This document shows positions 50,384 through 63,689 of a stretch of DNA of 64,000 nucleotides, one piece after another (the first letter of the stretch is position 1; each line of letters opens with the position of its first letter). Source of the stretch: Callorhinchus milii (taxonomy: Eukaryota); assembly GCF_018977255.1 (NCBI RefSeq), contig NW_024704743.1, positions 44,704,001-44,768,000 on the forward strand, given 5' to 3'. The position numbers and the translations under genes were made by a program. Under the pieces are notes generated by a model. That model was given only the letters and a program-made list of their open reading frames with translations, was not told where the DNA came from and ran no database searches.

Positions 50384-50682
50384 AATAATAATAATTATCC
50401 TTGCATTTGATATAGCACCTTATCACATCTTTGAGACGACTCAAAGCGCTTCACAGAATATACAGTTAAGTGAATTGACTGTATATTTTGTGGGGGAAAT
50501 GTGACAGCGAATTGTGCACAACAGTGTCTCACAAAGTCATGGATTGAGTGACCCAAATCGCATTAATTTTGAAGTGATTATTACCCCCAGAAAAGCAATC
50601 CGCTAATCGACTAACAACCGGATTCCTACTTACTGCTAGGTAAAGACAGTTGTGTGGAATAAATAAACTTGCCTAAGGTTTT
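50384..50682 (-). mobile_element. SINE family A, 5'-truncated
   Basis: Tail through AAACTTGCCTAAGGTT. Confidence 0.85.
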
Positions 50683-50694
50683 GTTCATATTCAT

Positions 50695-50810
50695 TCCTAC
50701 GGTCAAATAAGTTGCCAGTCCTCACTGTCTAGGCTCATATGTGGAACATGCATGAAATGTCTCAGAACCATAAACCACATTGAATCACTACCTCAGGGAG
50801 GAAAGTGGAG
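50695..50810 (+). mobile_element. AmnSINE2-like 3' fragment
   Basis: GGTCAAATAAG..CTCACTGTCTAGGCTCATATGTGGAA; family name from recall. Confidence 0.4.
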
Positions 50811-50834
50811 GATTTAAGCAGTGGCTCCTTGGTG

Positions 50835-51290
50835 CTGAGTAGCTCCATTGTGAGATGTTTGATAATGAAATTTCAGTTGATCATATGTGGTGATATATCT
50901 CGGATAGGGTGGTCCTAGCTGCACAAGCAGCAAGAAGCTCGATAGAACATAAGAACATAAGAATTTGCTAGGTTAAAGAAGACCAAGGTCCATCCATCTC
51001 ACCCTGGCAGTCACATGTCTTGTCCCAAACTATATATTGTATGCCGAGATATTATTTCCTAACAGAAATCTATCTAATTGGAATAGCACCGGATAATGGT
51101 TGGATAGAGCTCACAATAACAAGTTGTGCAGTTTTAGGTGTTTAAACTCCGGCAGTATCCCAACACACGCTCTTCGGTCCCCAAGCTCTGGCTCTTGCCA
51201 ACCTGCGCCTAATGCTTTCTGGAATTAGGTAAGCAGGATGCGCCCTTCTATGGAGAATTCCATTCCAGATACACGGAGAATTTCAGCATC
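50835..51290 (+). mobile_element. Family X fragment interrupted by a CR1 tail (50945-51095)
   Basis: TAGGGTGGTCCTAGCTG..AAGCTC [CR1 ACATAAGAACATAAGAA..] GCAGTTTTAG..GGAATTAGGTAAGCAGGATG. Confidence 0.75.
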
Positions 51291-51789
51291 ATCAGTGAGA
51301 GAAACAATAGTACATAACAACTATCACAACCAATGAACCATTTACACTATCAGGAGAACATTTGATATTCTGGTCAACTGCATTACATTGGATAAGGAGG
51401 TGCTGATGGACAGCACTGAGCTGCCATTTAATTTTTGAACTTGGATCCTGATTCGATTGCTCATAATTTCCACTTACTTGGCTCATCAAATATAAAACAT
51501 TCATCTGATACGAAATGAAATCTCACATGTATTCAATAGGTCAGCAGCAGTCTGCATTAGAGAACTCAGTACTAAAATGGGATTATTATGTAAAGATGAA
51601 ATAGCTCACGCAGTGGGCTGATGCCTTGCAGTCAGAAAGTACTTTGCTTTCAATGCTTTACACCCATTCTTAATGGGAAGGTTTTATTCACAGAAAATCA
51701 CTCCAGCTAGTTGATTTCGCAATGTTAGAAAATAAAGTTTTAGAAATAAAAATAACGGTATAGAATATAAAACCAAATATGTAATATGT

Positions 51790-52680
51790 AATGCTAAACT
51801 TTCATTAGTTAGACCTCAGTTAGAATATTGTGTCCAAGATTGGTCACCCCTATTTAGGAAAGATGTCAAGGTAATAGAGGGGATGCAGAGGAGATTCACT
51901 AGGGTGATACCAGGGAATTATTTCTTTTGGTCAGCTGGGTGTCTGACCAATGTGGAAACACATCATCATCTTTAAGAGTATCCAAACCAAGATGAGATTT
52001 ACACCTAGAAATGCCAGAGTAGAATATTGGAATGGAATGCGCACTCTCTCCCCAGAGGGATGCATCCTGCTTGCCTAATTCCGGAAAGTATTAGGCACAG
52101 GTTAGCAAGAGCCAAGGCTTTGGGACCCCAGAGTGTGCGTGGAGTCTAACCAGCAAAAACTGCAAAGACATTGCTGTCTGGCAAGCTTTCCCACTGCCCA
52201 TCCAGTTAGGACACCCTACCCATTCGGGCTTTGGCTTGCAGGGTTAACAGGAGCTGAGTGGAATGACTCCCTGCCCCCAGTGACTGCTCTGCCCTTCCAA
52301 TGAGCCAGGCTGGCTGTGCTGTCATCAGCAGTACCCTGGGATGCTGCGGACCCACGTGGCTCAGGAACTGGACTAGAGACCACCACAGAGGGCTGACTCA
52401 ATTCTGATGTTCCGTTGCCAGGCATGTCACCTTGGAGCAAGTTCAGATCTATGGAGACGCCGCTTACCAGGGAAGAGTGGTTTGGCCTATGAGCAGAGAC
52501 TGGAGGAACTGGGACTTTTTCTGTTGCAACAAAGCAGGTTGAGGGTGAATTGATAAAGATCTTTAAAATTATAAGGGGTTTTGATGGAGTCATTAGGGAG
52601 AAATTATTTCCACTGCTCGATGAGTCAGTAATTAGAGTGTAATTTAAGAAAGCTAGCAAACAAGCAAATGGGGGATTAGG
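51790..52680 (+). mobile_element. CR1 fragment split by a family X insertion
   Basis: VRPQLEYCVQ..QRRFTRVIPG before the insert; YEQRLEELG..RLRV..IKGF after it. Confidence 0.8.
51918..52464 (-). mobile_element. Family X copy with A-rich tail and 10-bp TSD
   Basis: TACCAGGGAA at 51908-51917 and 52465-52474; TTATTTCTTTT then GGTCAGC. Confidence 0.88.
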
Positions 52681-53974
52681 AGCAGAATCCATATTTTAGT
52701 TTTCAAAAGAAACTCAAAAGAATGTTTAAAGAAAATTTGAACTCATCCTTCCAGAACAACTCCTAACATCCCCCAACACAGCAGCAAGCTGCTTTTTAAA
52801 TTAGACCAGTGTCCTGGCCTCGGGCACCCTTCCTGGCAACCTGTTTCAGCCATTAATTACCTTCCAGCTAAAGAAAAAATATCCTTTATCCACCTATAGA
52901 TTTGACTCTACAGAGCCCAGAATTGTATCTTCCTTGGCTCACTACCCATATTGTGACTAAATAACCGTGCAGATGGCATCCTGAGTATTACAGTGATTTT
53001 GTTGCGATGATATACAATTTTCTCTGCTGCAGTCATCATACTGAGACAATGTTTTGTTGTCAGCAATTTCTGTCATCGTTTGAGCGTTACAAGAAGCTTC
53101 TTACAAAACCATGTCTTAACCATCACAGCATCTGCACAGGGGAAGTGTAATTCCCTGTCTTTAGAGGTTGACAAATGAATCAGCTCTAAGTAGCATTTAA
53201 TGTTATTCTGTGAAATGCAAATTTGCAAAAGACCAATATCCCTCAGTTAGATAAATACCTCAAAAAAACTGATATTTTCTGTACAGTATCTGGATTTCCC
53301 GTGTTCTACAGTGATATCTATTCAATTCAACTCACAAGCCAGATCATCCTCAGCAGCCCTTTCACTCTCGTAGAAACATAGCAATGTAGAAATCTACAGC
53401 GCAGAAGGAGGCCATTCGGCTCAACAAGACTGCCTCTAGCAGTCTCTTGCTATCCTCACCACTATTCACAATTCTTCTTTATACAACACTAAATAAAAAG
53501 ATCACTGATGCCATCAATCAGTTTTTGATAAGTCTCTACTATGTACTGTGATATCCTATTATATTCACATTTTCCACTGTAGGGCTGCAAAAATATAAAA
53601 GGCTGAAAACGTCTACATACTGTATTTCTGTACCAGATATCAATATCGATAGCAAGTAAGTACATAAAAGAAGCATTCAGTTCATCACACACTCTGCTCT
53701 GTAGTTTATGTTACCTCCTGAGGAAAAATTTTGCAAAATTTCTTACCGATCCCATAAGTATTTCAGTGAATCTCCACAATGGGGGTCTATTGTAAGCCTG
53801 AAAGTAATCTTTATTTCATTTAGTCATGTAAATTGCATTGCAGAGGTATTTTTTACAATCAATGTAAGATAGCCATTAACAGACTTTAATGCGCTTCTAG
53901 TTGAGGCTGAAACTCTAGTAGAGTTTTGGTGGAGTGATGCTTTGTGATGCTGGGTGAGACGTTAAACCAAGGTC

Positions 53975-54210
53975 TCGTAGCACAGTGGCTAGCGTGTGGA
54001 TTCCCGTAGCGTAGTGGTTAGTGCGCTCGATGCGCAAGCGAGAGGACCCGGGTTTCATTCCTGGGTGGAGCGAAACCTTACTTGTTTCCTTGTTTCCTTA
54101 CTCCACACACCTCTTAGCAAGTAAATAGTAAGTAAGTAACTAAGCAATACGTAGGAACTCAGTTGTTAGTTGATTGGCAGATCGCTTTCTGTGGGTAAAA
54201 TTTGGTCACT
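53975..54210 (+). mobile_element. SINE family A variant with a divergent, CpG-rich, partly duplicated tRNA head; 3' part missing
   Basis: GGATTCCCGTAGCGTAGTGGTTAGTGCGCTCGATGCGCAAGCGAGAGGACCCGGG..GCGAAACCTT..TTCCTTACTCCACAC. Confidence 0.7.
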
Positions 54211-55704
54211 CCATCAAAAATGCAAGCAAAAAGTTCCACGCCTGTGTATCTACTCTGATACCTCCATTGTTGAGCCTTGTCTGGTTAATATCTAGTGATG
54301 GTTTCATCATCTCATTATCACAGTGACTATTGTGTTTTGAGCAGCATTAGGTGATCTTGACTATGTTCATCCCTATCTAAGGCAGATATTTCTTTAAATA
54401 GTTCAATCAACATTGCACTGAGCGCTTTTGCTGGAAAGCCGACTATGTACCGTAATTAATAGTAATTAAAGAGCAAGAACAGAATGACTGTTCATGTGGG
54501 TGTCTGCTCTGTGCTCTGTGATGGGAAGACAGAGCTCAAAGAAGTCAGTGCTTACATGCACTCTAAATGGGTGTGGAGGGGATATGTAGATTTGTGATGC
54601 TGTGTGAGACTTAAACCTGTGAAATGCACATTTGTTTAGTTAAAGAAATCTGCAGAAAAGTCTCACAAAAAGTGATGGAGTCAGGATGGTAGAGAAATAT
54701 GGCACATGATGTTATCATTACCATAATTACAATACAATTTATATTTATATATTAACTTTCAGGAGAAATGTCAGGAAAACATCTCAAAGCTGTCTACCTG
54801 AATAGGGGTGGGAACTATAGGGGGTGGGTGAAGATGAGTGAAAGCTTGGTCAAAGAGCAAGTCTTGAAATATTAAGATATTCACTAAAATATGATCAAAA
54901 ATAGTCAACAGTTTCACAGTTTAACAGTTATTAATTCCCCCTCCCCCTGCCAGCAAATAACAACCACTCAATGCTCTTGATACCAATTTTTGGACCATGT
55001 GATAATTATCACAGCAATGTTTCCCCACACTATTTTTTATTATGGACATATACAAGACATTAAACTTGACAGCAAAAATATCTGTCAAGCATTCAAGATC
55101 TTTTGACTTTATAGGTGAAAAGTAACATGTAGAATATTTTACTATTTTACTAAAGGATTGCAAATTAAGAAATTTGAACTTCCAGGCAAAACCCTTAAAT
55201 GTCCTGGCTCAGTAAAGCATGCACATTACCAATAAAATGTTTCTTTGAAGCAGTTTCAGTTCAAAGTAGGAGTATGTCATGCTCTTAAAGTGACTGAACA
55301 GAAGAGCTGAGCACAGGGATGTGAAGGGATCTTGAATGGGTTGCAAAAGTAAGGCTTGCATTTCATTTTTTGTTTTGTATCTTGCAGTACTTAATGTCAG
55401 ACTCATACATACACATTTTATGATCCCTCCTCGGAATATTCATTTAACTCTTAGTGTCCTAATCATGCATCTCACTTATATTAATTCATTAGATTTCCAG
55501 ATGTCCCGGAAAGAGAATTGACCATTTGCCTTCCAAATATTCCAGCTACAATATTGGTGTCCAATTTTTGCTATTCCTTAATGGATCTCTTAATGGGAAA
55601 TGAATAATTATCGCATTTATAAAATATTGAATCTATGAAGAAAGCATTCTTCAGCACAACCACTTGTTTAGAAATTCAATAATTATATATACCTTATTTT
55701 AATA

Positions 55705-55950
55705 TAATAATAATCCTTGCATTTGATATTATACCTTACCATGGCATCAAAATGCTTCACAGGATTTGCTGCAAAATGTAGTGACTGTGTATTTAATATA
55801 ATAATCCTTGCATTTGATATAGCGCTTTTCACGTCGGGAGGACGTCCCAAAGCGCTTCACAGAATATACTTTAAAGTGAGTTGACTGTATATTTGTGGGC
55901 GAACGCGGCAGCCAATTGTGCACAGCAATGTCCCACAAACAGTTGGCAGA
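55705..55950 (-). mobile_element. Two tandem SINE 3' ends
   Basis: Two ATAATCCTTGCATTTGATAT tails; the second is nearly identical to the family A consensus. Confidence 0.8.
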
Positions 55951-57186
55951 TTGAGAAATCTGTTAAGAATTATTGAAAAACAGATCCCTTATTTAACAAT
56001 TCGGTAAGGAATTGCTGCTTGGCAAACCATGCTGCCCTTAAATAAATGCTAGAAAACGTGTGAGAATAGTGCGACTCACTAGAGATCTGATTTGTCCCAC
56101 ACTCCATCTATGGAGATGCCTCACCGCAAGAAACTGCATTCTCTTTTCAAAGGTTGTGGGTTGAAGCCCCACGTCAGAATGTTGTGTCTACACTGACAAT
56201 CTAGTTCAATGTTGGAGCCAAGAATATAAACTCAAAGACTTCATGTGGAGCTTGAACCCACAACTTTTGATTCAGAAGCAAGAGTACTACCAATTGAGCC
56301 ATCATGTGTTCCATGGTTCCACCATATGACATGTGATGGATTCCACCATATCTCTTGGAAGTACTTGTACAATTGAATATTGGATTAAATACAAATGTAA
56401 TTTTGTTGTTGTAAATTAATAATAATTTTATGTGGAATAGTTGCTTTGTTATTTGTTGATTTACCACTTGTAGAGAATATTTGGGATGTGTTACAACATT
56501 GTAGGCTCTATTAGGCTTTAAATGATGTAAAATGAGATCATGTACCTTGTTGGCTTTTCAAATGAAAACATCGACCATGAACACATGACCTGATACCCAT
56601 GAGTCCAGATCACCAAATGGGTAAGATCTTCAAGTAAGCTTTTAATATCCATGATTTTGAAGAATTGAGCTACACAATTCTCCTTTTCACATACCATATA
56701 CAGTGTTTAAACTCCCTGGAGTTATGAGGCTTTTTTTAAAACAAGAAAACCTTGTAATATGATATAATGGACAGTAATAACTAAGTCTTTTGAATGAGTG
56801 CCCAAATAATTATACACATAATAGATCTTTCTGAAAGGTAGAGAATGGAGTTAGTTGGGTAGGTGTGTGGTATGTGAAGGATGAAGCGTGAAGAGCTCAC
56901 AGGTAATCTCCTTCTTCTTCATGCCATTTCTTCCCCGACTTATCTAGGATTCTGACTGAGTACTGCCTTCAAGTGATAAAGGAAGGCTTCCAGGTAAGAT
57001 AAAATACTCAGCACAAAATAGGCAAAAATAAAATCTGAATTAGCAGGTGTATAGCTATTCAATTTTAAAAAAAAATGTTTCTGAAGGTACTTTACAGAGA
57101 TATCAATGCTCAAAAGTAATCGAAAAAGAAAACCCAGAACAATACTTTCAGATACCCAAGGCAGCAGGACAAGAAAGCACAGTTTA

Positions 57187-57380
57187 TAATAATAATAATA
57201 ATCCTTGCATTTGATATAGTGCTTTATCATGTCTTCAAGATGTCTCAAAGCGCTTCACAGAATATACTTTAAAGTGTAGTAACTGTGTATTTTGTAAGTA
57301 AAACACAGCAACCAATTGCGCACAGCAGTGTCCCGCAACCAGTCGTGGATTGAGTGACCAAATCATTATTATTTTATTTT
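57187..57380 (-). mobile_element. SINE family A 3' half
   Basis: Shared tail and GTCGTGGATTGAGTGACCAAA. Confidence 0.8.
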
Positions 57381-59324
57381 TGCGATGTGAAGAGCAATTT
57401 CAGTACAGACACCAGGAAATATTTCTTTACCCAGAGGCTAATTAATATGTCAGCTTGGCTCAGTAGGTAGCACTCTCGACTATAAGTCAGACCGTTCTAG
57501 GCTAAAGTTCTCTGATGGGGCTTTGCATACCCAGTCCAGGGAGACACTTTAATATGACACTGGAGGTGTTTGTTTGTTGGCTGCAGTGTAGTTACTATGC
57601 TTCACAGTGAATCCTGTGAAGAGATTGCAGAGATCAAGGATTCTTTTTATGATTATTATAATTAAACCTGAATATAGTTACCAGAAAGAGTGTTTGAGAC
57701 CAGGTTGCTGGACCAATTTAAGAAGCTGTAAGGATCAGCAGGTTAGGAATTCTGGAAGAATTAGATCAAATAGTCCGAAGGGTCTCCCTGTGCATACTTG
57801 TTTGTGGTGGAGTATAAAAGTTGTTTGAGGTGACAGATTACAGATGCTCTTCACATTGGCTGAAAAACAAAGCTGTGAAGCCAAGCGAATGATCGTCAAC
57901 GTTTGCCAATGGCTGAACAGTAAAAATATGAAATTGAATCCATATAAGGAAACACAATCCCATTTTAAAAATGACAAATAAGATTATTTTCTTACATAAC
58001 CCACTGCGCAATGTTCTGAATTGTTTGCAGATGAGTAGTGGAAAAACCCAGTTTCTTGTACTGAGTTTTTTTTTAAACCGCATGGATGGCTGCATTGTCT
58101 GTTGACTTCAATTTGGGCATGTTTTTCTGTTGAAATGGTCCCAGATGTGGTATATTATCCAGAATGCTGTTTTGGAAACTCTTGTTACAATCAAATACTT
58201 TGAATAATGTGTCCCAACTGGGTAGTCAATCCACAATGAATTCAGCTGGCAAACAGAGAAGATTAAGTGTTGCTGCCACATATGTTACAAGCTTAATTCT
58301 ATTGCAATGCAGTTCTGAACTTCAGAGTTATTGTTGTGAATAAACAATTGAAAATTTACCTTAAAGCAGCCTTCAGTGACACAATTCAAGATTTTTTTTT
58401 AAAAAAAGTAAGTAAACCTCTAAAAATATTGTGAAATTCATGTTCCATTTGTAATTTTTTTTTTTGTACTCCAAAAAGGTCATCCAAAAAGTCATAGTTA
58501 TAAACAAAACAAAGTACAAAATTGAAAAAAATACTTCTTTCTGTCACAACATTTGGAAAACCGGGCACTGTTCTGCACTCAAGCTAATTTATATGTTCTC
58601 CTGGCAGAAGATAATGACCACAGTTTGAAATCTCAACAAAATAAAAGTCTGAAATTCTCCTTAATCAAGGTAACCAAGCCTAAGATTACAATTTACATTA
58701 TTCAGCGGTGACTTGCTACATTGAATATATACCATTCTTGTGGTCTCAACAGGTGGAAACCATAACATTCTGTCGTCTATATTTTCCCTTAGGCCCTTCT
58801 ATTTCTTTCATAACCAGGTATTCATACAGGACCTTTCAGATCATTGTAGCATTAATTGTTTTTGATGGGACTCTCCAATGTAAAGTGGGCTCCTATCAAA
58901 ATTTATCAAGGTTCCTTTTACAATATGCTTCCTGATTTCAAAGTATACATGTGAACTCTTTATTCCAGTTTTGCAAGATTTCTCTTTGAAGATTGTTTCT
59001 TACTTTTTGTTGTATCAGCTATGCCTCAGTTTACAATCCTAATAATATTGTCAGTGACTCTCACTTTGATCCAAAAAGTGAAAGCTATTTTACATCAGTT
59101 TGGGAATAGCTTGTTCATGGAGGATTACAGTTATATTGCTTTAACATGGGTAACCTTCACATTATTTATGGGTTTGTGGTTGCAAAGATCAAAGGTGATG
59201 ACTCCACCGCAATGGTTGGGGCTGAATCTGGCTGCCGTGACCATTGGATATTCTTACTAGTAGGATACTGTATTATCTCAACAGAAACAAATCAGAGGAA
59301 GCTCAGAGGGATTGAGGCAGGGAA

Positions 59325-59522
59325 CCTGTGGAACTCCCTGCCTCAATCACTCCACCGTGCCCCACTTTGCCCATCTTCAGATCACACCTGAAGACCTTCC
59401 TCTTTGATCGTGCCTATGGTCACCTCCCCTCTCTCCCCAGCTTAAAGTCAAGCTCCGCCATTGTTAAGCGCTCTGAGATACTGCCATACATGAAGAGTGC
59501 ACATAAGTGCAAGTTGTTGTTG
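59325..59522 (+). mobile_element. L2 3' fragment
   Basis: TGTGGAACTCCCTGCC..GAAGACCTTCCTCTTTGATCGTGCC..hairpin, (TTG)n. Confidence 0.8.
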
Positions 59523-60524
59523 CGGTAAGCTGACACCCCCCAGCCATCCACTGGTCAGTACGTCCGTTACTACCTTCCAGCCAAACCACTATGATTCAGA
59601 CCAGGGAGTGCGATTCCCTTGACCTGCAACTAACAGGGTGGAATTTTCTATCATCCGATAATTATCTTTAACACATTACACTTCACAGCTGTCATCCCCT
59701 CATTACTGAGAATGTAATATTAGTCAACAGGAGCTACTCAGTTTCTCAGAGAATTTATTTGACCATAAATGCAGAGAGTTTCAGTTACTTACATTCCACT
59801 GTTTGTGGTTGGTTTGTGGGCTGACATTATTAATGGTGCACTAAATCTGCTATAGTATTCTACATCTGCTACAGTCACCACAAGGTGACAGTGATCTCCC
59901 CCCCCACCCGTACCCTACCACCTCACAATAATCAAACTCAATCTGCCACTATGTTAGATGTCTATCTATACCTGAGGTGAGCTTCTTATTTTTACATAGA
60001 ACATTCAGTACTTTTCGTGTTAGTATAGCAGAGCCCTGTTCTAACATGGTTGAGGGTTCACAACCAAACCAGCACAATAATGGGGTGCAATCACCAGTCA
60101 GCGGTTTTGCATTCACTGTGAATTTACAGAGAAAGTGGGCTGGCTCTGTTGGTGCTTTGAATTGTTATAGCATTTTTGAGAAGTCTAAAAATGCTTTACA
60201 GAATATACTGTAAAGTGAATTGATTGTATATTTTGTGGGCGAAACGCAGCAGCCAATTACACACATATCTTGGTAGTTCACATGATTACTGTGTTTGTCA
60301 ACAAAAACAATTACTCCTACATGATAATAATTACCTGTGAAACACTTTATGATGTTTCGACGAGATGAGAACTTATAAAAATCTTTTCTTTCTTTACAGA
60401 CCTCATAGAATATACTCATTGGGATACGATGGGTTCTGATATACAAACTTTACCTAATCATCTATCATTTTGCTCTCTTCCCAGAGCAACCTGCACTCAA
60501 TCACGGTACTCTGCTAAGCACTCA

Positions 60525-61012
60525 GCTATCCTCCCTGACTGTAGGTAAGCAGGGTCACCGTAGAGCTGAACTGGCTCCAAGGTAAAATGCTTTGCAATGG
60601 AATGTCAGAATCGAGTCAATCTTCTGATCTCTAATCCAGATCCTGAGCCGGATGGGTCTATAGTACACAAGGGCACTGTTGATGACAGCCCAGACTGATT
60701 CATCAAAAGGACTTGGAAGGGTAGACCAGTCACTTGGGATTCTTCCCACTCAGCTCCTGACTGACTCTAAAGGGACCGAACTGGACAAGAGGCAGGAAGC
60801 TTGCCAGGCAGTGCTCTCAATACCAAGCTTTACGGTTTTAACTGTTTAAAATCCAGTAGTACCTCAACACACACTCTGGAGTCCTCAAGCCTTGGTTATT
60901 GCAACAACTAATATTCTCCAGAATTAGGCAAGCAAGGTGAGTCCCTCCAGGGAGAGTACGTATTCTGTTCCAGACATGGGAATTTCCATGTGTAGGCTGC
61001 TGACCAAAAAAA
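60525..61012 (+). mobile_element. Family X copy ending in GCTGACC(A)7
   Basis: GTAAGCAGG..GCTGAACTGGCTCCAAGG..GGCACTGTTGATGACAGC..GAATTAGGCAAGCAAGG..GCTGACCAAAAAAA. Confidence 0.82.
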
Positions 61013-62840
61013 GGCACTACGGCTGAGACACTAGGTTTGAAACACCGCCCAAATAATTTAGTGAAGCATGAGCGCAGGAGATGTTACCACATCCACTCAC
61101 AGAGAAAGGTTTTGAGTGGGCAACAAGCATTCTACATTCCAGGCCCACCATAGGAGTGGTAGGTACAGAGGTCAGCAGATTAATTTTCACACTGAAAACC
61201 TTGAAGCACTAGCACAACATGTGCAATATTATGACCCATATCCATACTATGATGGATAAGTCAAGGAGGAATGGAGACGTCTATCTCAGATATTAATATC
61301 TTCTGTGAAATTACCTTCATCTTGGACATACATACCAGGTTGGAGTAGTGGCTCTTTGCCCCGTAGTTTAGTATGGAAGAACAGTAATGTTATCCCATAG
61401 AGTAGTTGCAACGGAAACCTTGTTGACTGAGGAACTTTGAAACATGGAGTCATTGCATCTCATGACACTGGTGGGTCTGTTTAGATTATTACTGCATTAG
61501 TATACTGATCAAGCCACAAAATATTGAGCATCAACATTGGCGCATCCCTTAAATGTTTTAAACCCCTTTGTGGCCTCTCCAAAGCCATTTTAGCACAAGA
61601 TTCATACTTATAAGACTGCCTATAAGATAACTGAAACATTCAAGCAAATATTAATATGAGCTGATATAAGGAATATAAGGAATCATCACAGGAAGGTCCT
61701 GTATTTCTTGAATTTGCCTTCATGCTAAATAAGTGTTGAAATGATTTATGCACGGTGGAATAGGCTTTGTGTAGTCAGTGGGAAGAGTAGATTTGTTGGG
61801 TCTTTTCTTGGATTTGTTGGGCCTTTTCTTGTTCCATGCTTTCTTATATTTTTATGTTCTTAATGCAAAACAACCAATGTGTCACATTCATAGACAACCC
61901 ACCATGCTTGAACAAAAATCAAACATAGTAATACAAAAATTAGGCAATCATGCATCCATGTAAAGCAAATAGAAATCAAACAAAGAGCTTAAAGTAAGAT
62001 TAAATCATGCTTTTGTTTACCATAAAACACAACAAAAGTAACTGGACTCTTTTTGTTTGAAAATAATCGGTGACGGCTTTACATTTTATGTTGATTGAGC
62101 AAGATCACACGATCAGTTCGGATAAGGAAAACCCCTTTGGCTCATTTGATCTCATCCTTCCAGAATATCTGTGCATTTCATCTTTTTAATGTTCTACCTC
62201 TTTTTCCACTTCATTGACACTCACTGGAGTATTGTTCCGTAGGTACAGGAAGTCATGTGGCACTGCACTCAAATAGCTTAGATATTCAGGTCTATTGTAG
62301 ACCTAAAATATTAAAACACTAAAAATAGCGATCTCCTTGCTACATCTATAGAATGGGACTTTCCATTGCAAAAATAAATTGAGAAGTTTATTCATTTCAA
62401 TAATCAAAGTATGATAGATTCAGAGACTATCAGCAACCTAAATAATATTAATATTTGTATTTAAATGGAAGCCACGTTTCTTAATAGATCTGAAGTGATA
62501 ATTATCAGTAAAATTCCATCATTTCTTAAGTTTCCCACATTGAATCCGTTTGCAAATGTAAAAAATTTCCGCATCATATCTCAAAAAATTCTCCTTACCT
62601 GTGTTACTTGGATGATATATCAGAGAGTCATAAAATATTTACAGTGCAGAGCGAGGCTCTTTAGCTCATTGTGTCTATGCTGGTGCTAGCTTCACCTACA
62701 ACAATAATAGCAACAATAAATTGCATTTATATAGTGGCTTTCACATTAGAAGGACCTATTGGAGCTCCCATTCCCCTGATCTTTCCCTGAATCCTTTAAT
62801 AACATTTATACTCAAGGTTCTCGTGAGTATAAATGTTATT

Positions 62841-63125
62841 GACTGTATATTTGTGGGTGAAACGTGACAGCCAATTGCGCACAGTAGTGCCTCATAAACA
62901 GTCGTGGATTGAGTGATTAAATTAACAATAAATTATTATTGTTATTTTTGAAGGATTATTATCCCCGGAAAAGCGATCCGCCAATCGACTAACAACCAGG
63001 TTCCTACTTACTGCTGGGTAAACGGAGGCGTGTGGAGTAAGGAAACTTGCCCAACATTTTGCCCTGCCGGGAATAGAATCCAGGTCTCTCGCTTGCAAGG
63101 TGAGTGCTCTAACCACTGAGCTACA
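62841..63125 (-). mobile_element. SINE family A long form, tail deleted
   Basis: Head CTAACCACTGAGCTACA through GACTGTATATTTGTGGG; abuts a perfect hairpin. Confidence 0.88.
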
Positions 63126-63689
63126 CTAGGCAACCTAAATGTTACTGCTTGTTAGAATGAGTTTGATGGTCAGAGTGGGGAAGAGGAGGTTGTTGTTTGG
63201 AGTCCTACATTTTGTTATGGTAAAAAGTGTTGAGGTGAGGAAACCTGGGACACCAATGATTGCTTCCCAGTTATCTTTGTTGTTGGTGCTTTCACAACCT
63301 TGGAGACTTTTGAATTATTTGCTGCCTGTAAGAATGTGAGTGGTGGTTTATTTGAAAAGGTTTAAACTAATATGGATAAATTGCCATAATATTGCAGCAG
63401 AGAACTGATCTTCTTGTTATAGAGGAATGCAATATTGTAGCAAGATCAGTCCTATGATCTTCTTGCTCTGTGTGCAATATTGTAGCAATTCATCTACATT
63501 AGTTTAAATCTTTCTAGAGTAAATTGAGAGCTGGTGAATAAAACTTTAAGGTGAGTGAGCTCACTTAACTCACAGTATTGCTAGAATTCCTGAAACATAA
63601 CTCACAATACCGTTGGAATTCCTGAAACACCTTGTTTAGCTAAAAATGATAATATGAATCTTAAATCTTAAAACTGTTGACCATTCTAT

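Noticed and set aside
57830..57980. Frame ending W..KNMKLNP.K resembling a LINE RT motif
   Set aside because: Too short, with no flanking RT motifs; may be chance.
63425..63630. Small tandem duplications (also 4318-4346 and 61790-61830)
   Set aside because: Ordinary slippage products; no regular repeat-spacer array, so not CRISPR-like.
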